From Candidatus Omnitrophota bacterium (GTDB lineage Bacteria > Omnitrophota > Gorgyraeia > Gygaellales > Profunditerraquicolaceae), in the NCBI GenBank assembly GCA_025453395.1, contig JALOQK010000003.1, positions 18,711-82,710 on the forward strand: 64,000 nucleotides of DNA. The letters are read 5' to 3'. Shown here piece by piece: positions 38,448 to 49,972 of the stretch; within the stretch, counting starts at the first letter, position 1; the number at the start of each line of letters is the position of its first letter. Under the pieces are notes generated by a model that had not been told where the DNA came from, did not search any database, and saw only the letters and a program-made list of their open reading frames with translations. A program made the translations under genes and the position numbers.

Positions 38448-40883
38448 ATGTATACGCGCAATGAAAAAATAGTTCCGGTTTATATTGAAGAAGAAGTAAA
38501 AGATGCGTATTTGAATTACGCCATGAGCGTTATTGTCGGCCGCGCCCTTCCGGATGCCCGCGACGGCCTGAAGCCAGCGCATCGCAGGATTTTATACGCG
38601 ATGCAGGAATTAAATTTAGAGCATTCAAAGCCATACAAAAAATGCGCGCGTATCGTCGGTGAGGTTTTAGGTAAATATCATCCCCACGGGGATGTAGCGG
38701 TTTATGACACCTTAGTGCGCATGGCGCAGGATTTTTCTTTGCGCTATCCGCTAGTGGAAGGCCAGGGGAACTTTGGTTCGGTTGACGGCGATACTGCCGC
38801 GGCCATGCGTTATACCGAAGCGCGGCTTTCCGCTATTTCCGAAGAGATGCTGGCGGATATAGATAAGGACACCGTTGTCTTTGGGCCAAACTTTGACGCC
38901 TCCTTAAAAGAGCCTTTGCTTTTGCCGGCGGTGTTGCCCAATCTTTTAGTCAATGGTTCAAGCGGCATTGCTGTCGGCATGGCCACTAATATTCCCCCGC
39001 ATAATTTATCCGAGGTGGCCGAAGCTATTATATACGCCTTGGATAATCCTCAGGCGCAGATCAAAGAGCTTTTGAAATATATCAAGGGGCCGGATTTTCC
39101 CACCGGAGGAATTATTTGCGGCAAGGCCGGGATCAAGGATGCCTATAATACCGGCAGAGGCAAGCTTACCGTGCGCGCCAGGGCCAGCGTGGAGCACCAG
39201 AAAAACGGCAAAGACCTGATTGTAATTACCGAGATCCCCTATCAGGTGCAAAAAGCCGCGCTTATTGAAGCGATCGCGAATTTAGTGGAAGAAAAAAAGA
39301 TCGAAGGCATTTCGGATATTCGCGACGAATCGGACAAAGACGGGATGCGCATTGTTGTGGACTTAAAGCGCGATACAGAGTCACAGATCGTTTTAAATCA
39401 GCTTTTTAAGCATACCCAGCTGGAAGTGACATTCGGAATTATTATGTTAGCTCTGGTGAATAACCGGCCCAGAGTATTGAACTTAAGGCAAGTCATAGAC
39501 GTATACATCGAACACCGCAAGGTAGTTATAAAAAGGCGTACTCAATTTGAACTAGACAAGGCGCTGAAAAGAGCGCATATTTTAGAAGGGCTAAAAATAG
39601 CCCTTGATCATATTGACCAGATCATCCGCGTGATAAAATCTTCCAAGAGCACTGAGCAGGCGCGGGAAAAATTAATGAAGGAATTCGGGCTTTCTGAAAT
39701 TCAGGCCCAGGCGATTCTGGAAATGCAGCTGCAGCGTTTGACTGCGCTGGAGCGCGATAAAATAGACGCCGAATACGCGCAGCTGTTAAAAACGATAGAA
39801 TCGTGCCGCGCGATTTTGGCGTCGGAGAAAAAGGTTGAAGCGATCATTAAAGACGAGCTGGCGGCCTTAAAAGAAAAATACGGCGATACCCGGCGCACCG
39901 ATATAGTCGGGGAAGTGGAAGAGCTGCAGATAGAGGATTTGATCGCGGAAGAAGATGTGGTTGTGACTATAAGCCACGGCGGGTACATCAAGAGGCTGCC
40001 GGTAAGCGCCTACCGCAAGCAAAAGCGCGGCGGCAAAGGCGTCACCGGAGCAGAGGTCAAAGACGAAGATTTTATTGAGCACCTGTTTGTGGCTTCCACC
40101 AAGGATTACCTTTTGATTTTTTCCGATAAGGGCCAGGTGTATTGGCTGAAGGTTTATGAAATCCCCCAGGCCAGCCGCGTTTCTAAGGGTAAGGCCCTGG
40201 TGAATTTGGTGCAAATGGAGCAGGGATCCAGAGTAAGCTCTACAATTCCGGTAAAAGAATTTTCCGCGGATAAATTTTTAGTGATGGTTACCAAAAACGG
40301 CCAGATAAAAAAGACCAACCTTGATGCCTATAGCAATCCGCGCAAGGGCGGGATTATGGGTATGACCCTAGATAAAGATGACCAGCTGATCGGCGTGGAA
40401 ATGACCGACGGCAAGCAAGAGCTTTTGATCGGGACAAGCGCCGGCAAAGCTATCCGCTTCTCCGAATCATTGGTCAGAGACATGGGGCGGACTGCGCAAG
40501 GCGTACGCGCGATCACCCTGGATAAAAAAGATGAAGTCATTGATATGATCTTGGCCCAGAAAGAAACCACAGTTTTAACTGTCACGGAATTAGGTTTTGC
40601 CAAACGCACCCCTATCGATGAATACCGCGTGACTAATCGCGGGGGTAAAGGTATAATTAATATTAAAGTTACTGATAAAAATGGTTCTGCGGTCAGGGTT
40701 AAGTCAGTAAGCGACAATGATGAGTTGATGGCAATTACTCAAAACGGAATTTTCCTGCGCTGCGCCATAAAAGACATCCGCACCACCGGCAGATCCGCTC
40801 AAGGCGTGCGTTTGATTAAGCTGCAGGACAAAGACCGCGTTTCTTGTATTGCTCCCGTCATCGCTGAAGAAGAGGAAGAATAA
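38448..40883 (+). CDS. gyrA: DNA gyrase subunit A
   Basis: YHPHGD, AAMRYTE, GyrA-box QKRGGKG. Confidence 0.98.
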   Translation: MYTRNEKIVPVYIEEEVKDAYLNYAMSVIVGRALPDARDGLKPAHRRILYAMQELNLEHSKPYKKCARIVGEVLGKYHPHGDVAVYDTLVRMAQDFSLRYPLVEGQGNFGSVDGDTAAAMRYTEARLSAISEEMLADIDKDTVVFGPNFDASLKEPLLLPAVLPNLLVNGSSGIAVGMATNIPPHNLSEVAEAIIYALDNPQAQIKELLKYIKGPDFPTGGIICGKAGIKDAYNTGRGKLTVRARASVEHQKNGKDLIVITEIPYQVQKAALIEAIANLVEEKKIEGISDIRDESDKDGMRIVVDLKRDTESQIVLNQLFKHTQLEVTFGIIMLALVNNRPRVLNLRQVIDVYIEHRKVVIKRRTQFELDKALKRAHILEGLKIALDHIDQIIRVIKSSKSTEQAREKLMKEFGLSEIQAQAILEMQLQRLTALERDKIDAEYAQLLKTIESCRAILASEKKVEAIIKDELAALKEKYGDTRRTDIVGEVEELQIEDLIAEEDVVVTISHGGYIKRLPVSAYRKQKRGGKGVTGAEVKDEDFIEHLFVASTKDYLLIFSDKGQVYWLKVYEIPQASRVSKGKALVNLVQMEQGSRVSSTIPVKEFSADKFLVMVTKNGQIKKTNLDAYSNPRKGGIMGMTLDKDDQLIGVEMTDGKQELLIGTSAGKAIRFSESLVRDMGRTAQGVRAITLDKKDEVIDMILAQKETTVLTVTELGFAKRTPIDEYRVTNRGGKGIINIKVTDKNGSAVRVKSVSDNDELMAITQNGIFLRCAIKDIRTTGRSAQGVRLIKLQDKDRVSCIAPVIAEEEEE

Positions 40884-40889
40884 AATCCT

Positions 40890-40964
40890 GTCCCCATCGT
40901 CTAGCCTGGCCTAGGACAAGAGCTTTTCAAGCTCTCGACACCGGTTCAAATCCGGTTGGGGACA
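40890..40964 (+). tRNA. tRNA-Glu(TTC)
   Basis: Anticodon arm AGAGC-TT TTC AA-GCTCT; acceptor GTCCCCA/TGGGGAC. Confidence 0.94.
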
Positions 40965-41019
40965 CTTTAAATTAAAAAATACAAAGTCGCGGGTCACAAG
41001 GTATTAATAAGAAACGCGG

Positions 41020-41152
41020 CAATAATCAATGACCAAGTTCCCATAACCAAATAATAACCAAGCATCAATTATCAAGAACCAAATTTGTTTAGGTAATTGG
41101 TCATTGATTATTAGAATTTATTTGATGTTTGGAATTTGATGTTTGGTTATTG
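41020..41152. repeat. AT-rich imperfect palindrome with ~7-nt periodicity
   Basis: AATAATCAATGACCAA...TTGGTCATTGATTATT and ATAACCAAA...TTTGGTTAT inverted arms. Confidence 0.75.
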
Positions 41153-41166
41153 AATGTGAGGCGCAT

Positions 41167-43008
41167 ATGTGCGGTATTGTTGGATATGTCGGAGACAGAG
41201 ACGCCCAGACTGTTATTCTATCCGGCCTGAAGCATCTGGAATACCGCGGCTATGATTCTTGCGGCTTGAGCGTTTTTTTAGACCGCAAAAAAGAACTTTC
41301 TACCCGCAAGCTGCCCGGTAAAATTAAAGATTTAGAGAATCTTTTATCTTCCAAGCCCGTGCAAGGGAAAACCGGTATTGGCCATTGCCGTTGGGCCACC
41401 CACGGAGCGCCGAATCAAGTTAACGCCCATCCGCATTTTAGCTGCGACAATCAAATAAGCCTGGTGCATAACGGCATTATTGAAAATTACGCTAAGCTCA
41501 AAGAAGATCTTATTCGCGAACACCACGTTTTTTTAAGCCAGACCGATACAGAAGTTGCCGTGCATCTTATAGAAAAATATTACACTCAAGGAGTTTTATT
41601 GGAGGATGCGGTCAAGCAGGCGGTAGGGCATTTGGAAGGCAGCTTCGCCTTGGTAGTAATTTCTAAGCGTGAGCCGGGCAAGATTGTGGGCGCGCGCCTG
41701 GGAAGCCCGCTTGTGATAGGCGCTGGCAAGGGCGAAATGTTTTTTGCCTCGGATATTTCTGCGCTGTTGGAATATACCAAAGACGTGGCCTTTATGGAGG
41801 ACCAGGAAATAGCGGTGTTGACCCAGGATAATTTTGCGCTGTCTTCTTTTTCCGGAGAGGTTCTGCATCGGCAGGCCACAAAGATCAATTGGGATGTTTC
41901 GCAGGCGCAGAAACAAGGCTGGGATCATTTTATGCTCAAGGAAATAAATGAACAGCCGGCTATTTTAGAAAATATTTTAGCTGCGCGCATTAGCCGCGGT
42001 TCACAGCAGGTTATTTTTGAGGAATTAAAAATAGCCCCTGAAAATCTGCGCAACAAAGACGCAATCATTATTGTTGCCTGCGGCACAGCCTATCATGCCG
42101 GGCTTTGCGGCAAATATATCCTTGAAGAGCTTTGCGGGATACCGGTAACAGTGGACGTTTCAAGCGAGTTTCGTTACCGCAACCCCATTGTGGGGGAAAA
42201 TAATCTGGTTCTTTCTATCAGCCAATCCGGAGAAACCGCGGACACATTAGCGGCTGTGCGCGAAGCCAAAAAGAAAAAAGCCGCCACCCTTACTATTTGT
42301 AATGTTTTGGGCTCAACTTTAGTCAGGGAATCCGACGGGGTTATCTACACCCATGCCGGCCCTGAAATAGGGGTGGCTTCCACCAAGGCTTTTACCGCCC
42401 AGCTTTTAGCTTTATACCTACTGGCGTTTTATTTAAACAGCATCCGTTCCGGGACAATCTCTGATAAAGAGAAGCGCCTGATCAAAGAATTAAAAACTTG
42501 TCCAACGCTGCAAAGAGAGATTTTAAAACAGCAAAAGCTGATTAAGAATATTGCCAGCCGCCATCATAATTTCGGTTCATTTTTATTCTTAGGCCGCACC
42601 GTCAATTACCCCATGGCGCTGGAAGGGGCTTTAAAATTAAAAGAGATTTCTTATATTCCGGCAGAAGGGTACGCTGCCGGAGAAATGAAACACGGACCCA
42701 TTGCCCTTATTGATGAGTATCGCGCGGTAGTTTGCATCGCCCCCGAGGCGCGCACCCATGAGAAAATGATTTCTAACATACAGGAAATCCTCGCCCGCCA
42801 AGGGATATTGATTGCCATCGCAACCGAAGGCGATAAAAAAATGCCGTCTTTGACCAAAGAGATTATTTATGTGCCGCAGGTAAGCGAAATATTTTCTCCC
42901 CTTGTTACCGCTGTGCCTTTGCAGCTTTTGGCCTATCATGTGGCAGTCAGGCGCGGCTGCGACGTGGATCAGCCGCGTAATTTAGCCAAATCAGTAACAG
43001 TAGAATAA
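41167..43008 (+). CDS. glmS: Glutamine--fructose-6-phosphate aminotransferase
   Basis: MCGIVGY, EYRGYDS, HCRWATHG, SQSGETAD, PRNLAKSVTVE. Confidence 0.98.
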   Translation: MCGIVGYVGDRDAQTVILSGLKHLEYRGYDSCGLSVFLDRKKELSTRKLPGKIKDLENLLSSKPVQGKTGIGHCRWATHGAPNQVNAHPHFSCDNQISLVHNGIIENYAKLKEDLIREHHVFLSQTDTEVAVHLIEKYYTQGVLLEDAVKQAVGHLEGSFALVVISKREPGKIVGARLGSPLVIGAGKGEMFFASDISALLEYTKDVAFMEDQEIAVLTQDNFALSSFSGEVLHRQATKINWDVSQAQKQGWDHFMLKEINEQPAILENILAARISRGSQQVIFEELKIAPENLRNKDAIIIVACGTAYHAGLCGKYILEELCGIPVTVDVSSEFRYRNPIVGENNLVLSISQSGETADTLAAVREAKKKKAATLTICNVLGSTLVRESDGVIYTHAGPEIGVASTKAFTAQLLALYLLAFYLNSIRSGTISDKEKRLIKELKTCPTLQREILKQQKLIKNIASRHHNFGSFLFLGRTVNYPMALEGALKLKEISYIPAEGYAAGEMKHGPIALIDEYRAVVCIAPEARTHEKMISNIQEILARQGILIAIATEGDKKMPSLTKEIIYVPQVSEIFSPLVTAVPLQLLAYHVAVRRGCDVDQPRNLAKSVTVE

Positions 43009-43661
43009 TGTTATATATTGTCGCTACTCCCATCGGTAACCTCAAAGACATAAGTTTGCGCGCCATAGAGGTCTTGAAATCTGTGGACCTGGTTGCCTGC
43101 GAAGATACGCGGCACAGCCAGATTCTTTTAAAGCAATACGGTATTTCTGTCCCCACCACTAGTTTCTTTCAGCATAATCGTATCACTAAAGCAGAATATC
43201 TTATTGGCCTGTTAAAAGAGGGTAAGTCTATCGCCTTGATCTCTGATGCCGGCACCCCCGGGATCCTCGACCCAGGGCATAATATTATTAATCTTGCCGT
43301 AGAAAATAATATCCCGCTTACTTTTATTCCCGGAGCCAATGCCATGATCCATGCCTTGGTTGTTTCGGGAAAGCCGGCAAACAAATTCTTTTTTGACGGC
43401 TTCCTGCCGAATAAGCCGATTTCGCGCAAGAATCGCCTGCAACAGCTTGCCCTGATGAAAAACACAGTTGTTTTTTATGAATCCTGCCACCGCATTTTAG
43501 CTACGTTAGCTGACCTGCAAGATGTGTTTGAGGATCAGGATATAGTTGTGGCGCGGGAATTGACCAAAAAATTTGAAGAGATCTACCGCGGTAAAGCAGG
43601 CCAGATCGCGGAAAAGCTAAAAAACCAAAAACCGCGGGGCGAATTCGTGGTGGTAATTTAG
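43008..43661 (+). CDS. rsmI: 16S rRNA (cytidine1402-2'-O)-methyltransferase
   Basis: ATPIGNL.D, CEDTR, SDAGTP, RELTKKFEE. Confidence 0.95.
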   Translation: MLYIVATPIGNLKDISLRAIEVLKSVDLVACEDTRHSQILLKQYGISVPTTSFFQHNRITKAEYLIGLLKEGKSIALISDAGTPGILDPGHNIINLAVENNIPLTFIPGANAMIHALVVSGKPANKFFFDGFLPNKPISRKNRLQQLALMKNTVVFYESCHRILATLADLQDVFEDQDIVVARELTKKFEEIYRGKAGQIAEKLKNQKPRGEFVVVI

Positions 43662-43663
43662 GC

Positions 43664-44353
<690 letters not shown>

Positions 44354-44355
44354 CT

Positions 44356-45303
44356 ATGGCTAACTGGAATAAAAAAGATCTCTTAGGTCTGGAGGAACTA
44401 ACAAAAGAAGAGATAGAGCTTATTTTGGATACGGCTAGTTCCTTTAAAGAGGTTTCCACCCGTGATATTAAAAAAGTACCAGCGCTTCGCGGCAAGATGG
44501 TAGTAAATCTGTTTTATGAGCCGTCCACGCGCACGCGCGTGTCTTTTGAAGTGGCCGCAAAAAGGCTTTCTGCGGATGTAATTAACATTGCCACCGAAAC
44601 CTCAAGCGTTAAAAAAGGGGAAACCCTTATTGATACCGGTTTAAATATCCAGGCCCTGAAAGCCGATGTTATTGTTATGCGCCATAATTACTCCGGCTCA
44701 GCCAAGATGTTGGCAGATAGAGTGGGGATAAGCGTAGTTAATGCCGGCGACGGATGGCATGAGCACCCGACTCAAGCCTTGTTGGATATGCTCACATTAA
44801 AAGAAAAACTAGGCCGCCTCGAAGGCCTTAAAGTGGCCATTGTTGGAGACATTGCCCATTCTCGCGTGGCGCGATCTAATATTTGGGGATTAACTAAGTT
44901 AGGCGCCCAAGTTACTGTCTGCGCCCCCCCGATGCTTATTCCGGTGGGAATAGAAAAAATGGGGGTGCGCGTGACAAGCGATATAGATAAAGCCTTGTCA
45001 GGCGCGGATGCGGTAAATGTTTTAAGGATGCAATTCGAACGCGATGACGCCGGGGCTTTTCCTCATCAGCTGGAGTATTTCAAAAAGTTTGGCATCACCA
45101 AAGAGCGCCTTAAGAATGCCAAGAAAGATATTATTGTGATGCATCCGGGCCCGCTTAATCGCGGGGTAGAGATTGAAAGCGAGGTTGCCGACGGGCCCAA
45201 TTCGGTTATTTTAGAGCAGGTCACAAACGGCATTGCCGTAAGAATGGCAGTTTTATTTTTAGTTGCCCAAGCACGCGACAGGCAAAATGAAAACAATAAT
45301 TAA
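44356..45303 (+). CDS. pyrB: Aspartate carbamoyltransferase
   Basis: [28 protein letters not shown]. Confidence 0.97.
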   Translation: MANWNKKDLLGLEELTKEEIELILDTASSFKEVSTRDIKKVPALRGKMVVNLFYEPSTRTRVSFEVAAKRLSADVINIATETSSVKKGETLIDTGLNIQALKADVIVMRHNYSGSAKMLADRVGISVVNAGDGWHEHPTQALLDMLTLKEKLGRLEGLKVAIVGDIAHSRVARSNIWGLTKLGAQVTVCAPPMLIPVGIEKMGVRVTSDIDKALSGADAVNVLRMQFERDDAGAFPHQLEYFKKFGITKERLKNAKKDIIVMHPGPLNRGVEIESEVADGPNSVILEQVTNGIAVRMAVLFLVAQARDRQNENNN

Positions 45304-46570
45304 AAACGCGCGAGTAGTTGACCCAGCGAATAATCTTGACGCCATTGTTGATTTGGCAATAGAAAACGGCAAAATTTCCAAGATCGGCAATGATCTGCGC
45401 GTAAACGGCTCCCAGCTGATAGACGCTAAAGACAAAATAGTTATCCCCGGGATAGTAGATATGCATGTGCATTTACGGGAACCCGGCAGAGAAGACAAAG
45501 AAACTGTTTTTTCCGGCACAAGGGCGGCTGTTAAAGGAGGAGTGACTTCGCTTCTGGCCATGCCCAATACCACTCCCGCGATAGACTCGCCTGAGAACGT
45601 TTCCTTACTGAATTCCATTATTAAAAGAAGCGCGCAGTGCAATGTCTTTATAAGCGGCACCATCACCAAAGAGCGCGCAGGTAAACAAGCAAGCGATGTT
45701 TCAGGATTAAAAAAGGCCGGCGCAATCGCGATTACTGACGACGGTGCTTCGGTAGACGATGACAAGATATTTATGCAGGCTTTGGAAAAAGCTGCCCGGG
45801 AAAATATTTTGGTTATTGCGCATTGCGAAGACAAAGCGCTCTCCAAAGGCGGCGTAGTAAACTTAGGTTTTATCTCTACAAAACTGGGGTTGCGCGGTAT
45901 CCCTAAGGAATCAGAATACAGCCGCGTAGAGCGCGATATTATTTTGGCGCAAAAAGCCAAAGCCGCAATACATATTGCCCATGTCAGCTGTAAAGAGTCA
46001 GTAGATATTATTGCTCAAGCGAAAAATAACGGGATTCAGGTAACCTGTGAAACAGCCCCGCATTATTTTGCTTTATCAGAAGAAGATGTAGCGGGTTATG
46101 ATACTAATATGAAAATGAATCCGCCCTTAAGGGCCAAGGAAGATTTGGCAGCTATACGCGAAGGTTTAAGAAGCGGCATTATTGATGCTATCGCTTCAGA
46201 CCACGCCCCGCATACGGAAAACGAAAAGGATATTGAATTTGAGCGCGCGGAATTCGGAAAAATAGGCTTAGAATCAGGGTTAGTCGTATGCATTCAGCAG
46301 CTAATTGGCAAAGGGATATTGGATTGGAAGGCATTGGTGGAAAAGATCGCCTTGAATCCGGCAAGAATTTTAGGAATTAATAAGGGCACTTTAGGCATTG
46401 GCCGAGACGCGGATCTGGTTATTATTGACCCGAAAAAAGAAATGATTCTAGCCAAAGAGGGGATTTTATCCAAGTCCAAAAATTCCCCGTTTATTGGCAG
46501 GAAATTTATAGGCTCGGTAGAGCGCACCATTCTTGCAGGCCAGATAGTCTATGAGGGGGCAAATAAATAA
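45287..46570 (+). CDS. pyrC: Dihydroorotase
   Basis: [27 protein letters not shown]. Confidence 0.95.
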   Translation: MKTIIKNARVVDPANNLDAIVDLAIENGKISKIGNDLRVNGSQLIDAKDKIVIPGIVDMHVHLREPGREDKETVFSGTRAAVKGGVTSLLAMPNTTPAIDSPENVSLLNSIIKRSAQCNVFISGTITKERAGKQASDVSGLKKAGAIAITDDGASVDDDKIFMQALEKAARENILVIAHCEDKALSKGGVVNLGFISTKLGLRGIPKESEYSRVERDIILAQKAKAAIHIAHVSCKESVDIIAQAKNNGIQVTCETAPHYFALSEEDVAGYDTNMKMNPPLRAKEDLAAIREGLRSGIIDAIASDHAPHTENEKDIEFERAEFGKIGLESGLVVCIQQLIGKGILDWKALVEKIALNPARILGINKGTLGIGRDADLVIIDPKKEMILAKEGILSKSKNSPFIGRKFIGSVERTILAGQIVYEGANK

Positions 46571-47802
46571 TGGAGTTTATCGCCGATCTGCATATCCACT
46601 CTAAATATTCCCGCGCCACAAGCCGTGATATGGATATAGAGCATATTGCCGCTTGGGCAAAATTAAAAGGGATCAATTTAATGGCCACAGGGGATTTTAC
46701 GCACCACCTGTGGTTTGAAGAACTGCGCCGCGTGTTGCAGGATACGGGAAATGGCTTATTTGAATATGATGGGGTTAATTTTATGCTATCAGCTGAAATA
46801 AGCAGCATCTATTCCAAAAAAGGAAAAGGCTACCGTATCCACAACCTTGTTTTTGCCCCCTCGCTAAAGACAGTAGAAAGAATTAATGCTACCCTTGCGC
46901 GTTACGGTAATCTTGCTTCCGACGGCAGGCCTATATTGGGTATGGATGCCGCGGATTTGGCGCGGATTATTTTTGATATTGATGAAAATTGCATGGTTGT
47001 CCCGGCGCATGCATGGACTCCGTGGTTTAGTTTGTTTGGCTCCATGTCTGGATTTGACCGCATTGAAGATTGTTTTGAAGACCAGACCAAAAATATTTTT
47101 GCCATAGAGACCGGGCTTTCCAGTGACCCGGCGATGAACTGGAGACTTTCGGCTTTAGACAAATATACGCTTATCAGTAATTCTGATAGTCATTCGCCGG
47201 CAAAGATAGGCCGGGAGGCGAATGTTTTTAATTGTGACTTGGATTATATGTCTATACGCAATGCTCTTAAAACCAAGGATCGTAAAAAATTTCTTTACAC
47301 CGTTGAATTTTTCCCGGAAGAAGGCAAGTATCATTATGACGGGCATCGTCTGTGCGGGGTAAGTTTCTCTCCCGAAGAAACCCGGGCCAATAAGGGGATT
47401 TGCCCTAAATGTAAAAAACCGGTTACCGTGGGGGTAATCAACAGGGTTAATGCTTTGGCAGACCGGCCAGAAGGATATGTCCCAGAAAATAACATTCCTT
47501 TTAAAAATTTAATTCCCTTAGATGAGATTATCGCGGAAGCTAAAGCAGTAGGCAAGGCTTCTGTAGCGGTAGAGCGCGAATACAAAAATATAGTTGGCCG
47601 GGTAGGCACAGAATTTGAGATTTTATTAAAAATGCCTGAAGCGCAGCTTAAGAAAAGCCTGAACGCGCGCGTGGCAGAGGGGGTGTTGAAGGTCAGGCGC
47701 TCGCAGGTGAATATTCAGCCCGGTTATGATGGTGAATATGGAAAGATCAGTATTTTTTCTGAAGACAAAACTCATGGCGAACAACAACTTAGCCTATTTT
47801 AA
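46570..47802 (+). CDS. Endonuclease Q family (PHP domain, TIGR00375)
   Basis: ADLHIHSKYSRATS, HAWTPW, ETGLSSD, SNSDSHS, GKYH, Zn finger C..C/CPKC, GYDGEYG. Confidence 0.9.
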   Translation: MEFIADLHIHSKYSRATSRDMDIEHIAAWAKLKGINLMATGDFTHHLWFEELRRVLQDTGNGLFEYDGVNFMLSAEISSIYSKKGKGYRIHNLVFAPSLKTVERINATLARYGNLASDGRPILGMDAADLARIIFDIDENCMVVPAHAWTPWFSLFGSMSGFDRIEDCFEDQTKNIFAIETGLSSDPAMNWRLSALDKYTLISNSDSHSPAKIGREANVFNCDLDYMSIRNALKTKDRKKFLYTVEFFPEEGKYHYDGHRLCGVSFSPEETRANKGICPKCKKPVTVGVINRVNALADRPEGYVPENNIPFKNLIPLDEIIAEAKAVGKASVAVEREYKNIVGRVGTEFEILLKMPEAQLKKSLNARVAEGVLKVRRSQVNIQPGYDGEYGKISIFSEDKTHGEQQLSLF

Positions 47803-47847
47803 TCAGCTGTCAGTCATCAGCTTTCAGCTGAATTATATGAAAAATAA

Positions 47848-47895
47848 GCGCCTGTAGCTCAACGGATAGCGTCCGCCACAAAGAATGGCGGGACG
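47848..47895 (+). pseudogene. tRNA-Arg-like 5' fragment interrupted by a hairpin
   Basis: GCGCCTGTAGCTCAACGGATAG (20/22 identical to 5' end of downstream tRNA-Arg), then CGTCCGCCA-CAAAGAA-TGGCGGGACG; no T arm. Confidence 0.6.
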
Positions 47896-47941
47896 CCCAT
47901 GACAGGAATAGCTCTAAGTATTTGGAAAGATGTTTATATTT

Positions 47942-48013
47942 GCGCCCGTAGCGCAACGGATAGCGCACTAGCCTCCGGAGCTAGTGGTGGCAGTTCGATT
48001 CTGCCCGGGCGCA
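47942..48013 (+). tRNA. tRNA-Arg(CCG)
   Basis: Anticodon arm CTAGC-CT CCG GA-GCTAG; acceptor GCGCCCG/CGGGCGC. Confidence 0.93.
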
Positions 48014-48153
48014 TAGAGAAAAGTGGAGTATAATGCCCATATATTTGGCAGAATTATGGTTTAGGTGGGTTGTATGATATCTTACAAAGGCATAATTAGG
48101 GCTTCAGTGGAATAAACTATAAATTGAGCTTAACTACAAGCAAAGCATATTTT

Positions 48154-49716
48154 ATGGAAAAGAAAAAAGTCATTATTTTAGGCGGGGGCCCGAATCGCAT
48201 CGGACAAGGGATTGAATTTGACTATTGCTGCTGCCATGCAGCCTTTGCCTTAAAAGAAGAAGGCATAGACAGTATTATGGTAAATTGTAATCCGGAAACA
48301 GTGTCTACTGACTATGATACTTCTGACCGGCTATATTTTGAGCCTCTGACCTTTGAAGATATCATGCACATTATAGAGCTAGAAAGGCCTATGGGGGTGA
48401 TTGTGCAGTTTGGCGGCCAGACTCCGCTTAATCTGGCTGTTGCCTTGCGTAAGGCAGGGGTTAATCTTTTAGGCACAAGCGCGGACAGCATTGATATTGC
48501 CGAAGACAGGCAACGTTTTAAGAATATGCTGCACAAGCTGGATTTGCTGCAGCCGGCAAACGGCATTGCTTTTAATTTTCAGCAGGCGCAGGAAGCAGCG
48601 CGCAAGATTGGGTACCCGGTTCTTGTGCGCCCATCCTATGTTTTAGGCGGCAGGGCCATGGAGATCGTCTATGATGAAACAACCCTGGAGAGATTTATTC
48701 AAAACGCAGCTGAAGTTTCCGGAGAGCATCCGGTTTTAATCGACAAGTTCCTGGAAGACGCCATTGAGGCGGACGTGGATTTAATCGGAGATGGCCAAAG
48801 TTTTATTATCGGCGGGATTATGGAGCACATTGAAGAGGCAGGGATCCATTCCGGGGATTCGGCAATGGCGCTTCCCGCATATTCATTATCCAAGCAGGTC
48901 TTAACAGAAATCCGCCGCGCTACTTATGCCATGGCAAAAGAATTACATGTGATTGGCCTGATGAATGTGCAATATGCGATTAAAGACGAAAAGGTCTATG
49001 TTTTAGAAGTTAATCCCCGCGCCTCCAGGACCGCGCCTTTTGTTTCCAAGGCCATTGGCGTGCCGCTTGCTAAATTAGCCACCAAGGTTATGCTGGGCGC
49101 AAAGCTTAAAGAGTTAGGGTTTTGCAAAGAGATTATTCCCGAATACGCGGCAGTCAAGGAATCAGTGTTTCCTTTTAACCGTTTCCCGGGAGTGGATGTG
49201 ATCTTGGGGCCAGAGATGAAATCAACCGGAGAGGTCATGGGTATTGATGCAAGCTTCAGTAAAGCCTACGTTAAAAGTCAGCTTGCCGCCGGGCAAAAGT
49301 TGCCGCTTAAAGGCAATGTTTTTATTTCCGTGCGGGATAAAGATAAAAAGCAGGTTGTTGCTATTGCTAAAGATTTACAGAGGCTGGGTTTTAATGTTTA
49401 TGCCACATCCGGGACCGCGTTAGCGCTTGAGAAAAACAGGATAAAAGTGAAGATCCTGCGCAAGATCGCCGAAGGCAGCCCCAATGTTTTGGACTTTATG
49501 AAAGAAGGCAAGATTCAATTCGTGATCAATACCCCATCCGGCAGGATACCCAGGGAAGACGAAGTCAAGATCCGTTCGCAGGTAATCCTGCATAGCATCG
49601 CTTATACTACTACATTGTCCGGAGCCATTGCTACGGTAAGCGGTATTGAGGCGTTAGGGAAAAAAGAATTTAAGGTTGAGCCGTTGCAGCAATACCATAG
49701 GAAAGTAAAAAGGTAA
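48154..49716 (+). CDS. carB: Carbamoyl-phosphate synthase large subunit, C-terminal half only
   Basis: Begins at [23 protein letters not shown] (second CPS repeat); [20 protein letters not shown] domain. Confidence 0.9.
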   Translation: MEKKKVIILGGGPNRIGQGIEFDYCCCHAAFALKEEGIDSIMVNCNPETVSTDYDTSDRLYFEPLTFEDIMHIIELERPMGVIVQFGGQTPLNLAVALRKAGVNLLGTSADSIDIAEDRQRFKNMLHKLDLLQPANGIAFNFQQAQEAARKIGYPVLVRPSYVLGGRAMEIVYDETTLERFIQNAAEVSGEHPVLIDKFLEDAIEADVDLIGDGQSFIIGGIMEHIEEAGIHSGDSAMALPAYSLSKQVLTEIRRATYAMAKELHVIGLMNVQYAIKDEKVYVLEVNPRASRTAPFVSKAIGVPLAKLATKVMLGAKLKELGFCKEIIPEYAAVKESVFPFNRFPGVDVILGPEMKSTGEVMGIDASFSKAYVKSQLAAGQKLPLKGNVFISVRDKDKKQVVAIAKDLQRLGFNVYATSGTALALEKNRIKVKILRKIAEGSPNVLDFMKEGKIQFVINTPSGRIPREDEVKIRSQVILHSIAYTTTLSGAIATVSGIEALGKKEFKVEPLQQYHRKVKR

Positions 49717-49968
49717 AACTAAAAAGGTAAAAGTATAAGTCAAAAGTTAAAAGTTTTAACAAAAAGCGCAATTCAATAGTAGGCATGAGACACAAAGTAT
49801 ATAAGTAAATAAATAATAAAACCAAAAAACACAAAGCAATATTTAAGTTGATTTATATTATTGATTGTGATTTTTTCCTGTACTTAATATTTATGCTTTG
49901 ATTATTGGTTCTTTAGTTTTACATTTTTACTTATACTTTTTACCTTTGCCTTTTTAATTTTAACTTTA
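49710..49968. repeat. Nested AT-rich periodic palindromes
   Basis: Outer AAAGGTAAAAGTATAAGT...ACTTATACTTTTTACCTTT; inner AAAGCAATATTTAAGT...ACTTAATATTTATGCTTT. Confidence 0.75.
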
Positions 49969-49972
49969 TATT

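Noticed and set aside
40965-41166. glmS ribozyme
   Set aside because: The leader is occupied by an AT-rich periodic palindrome; no ribozyme core sequence seen.
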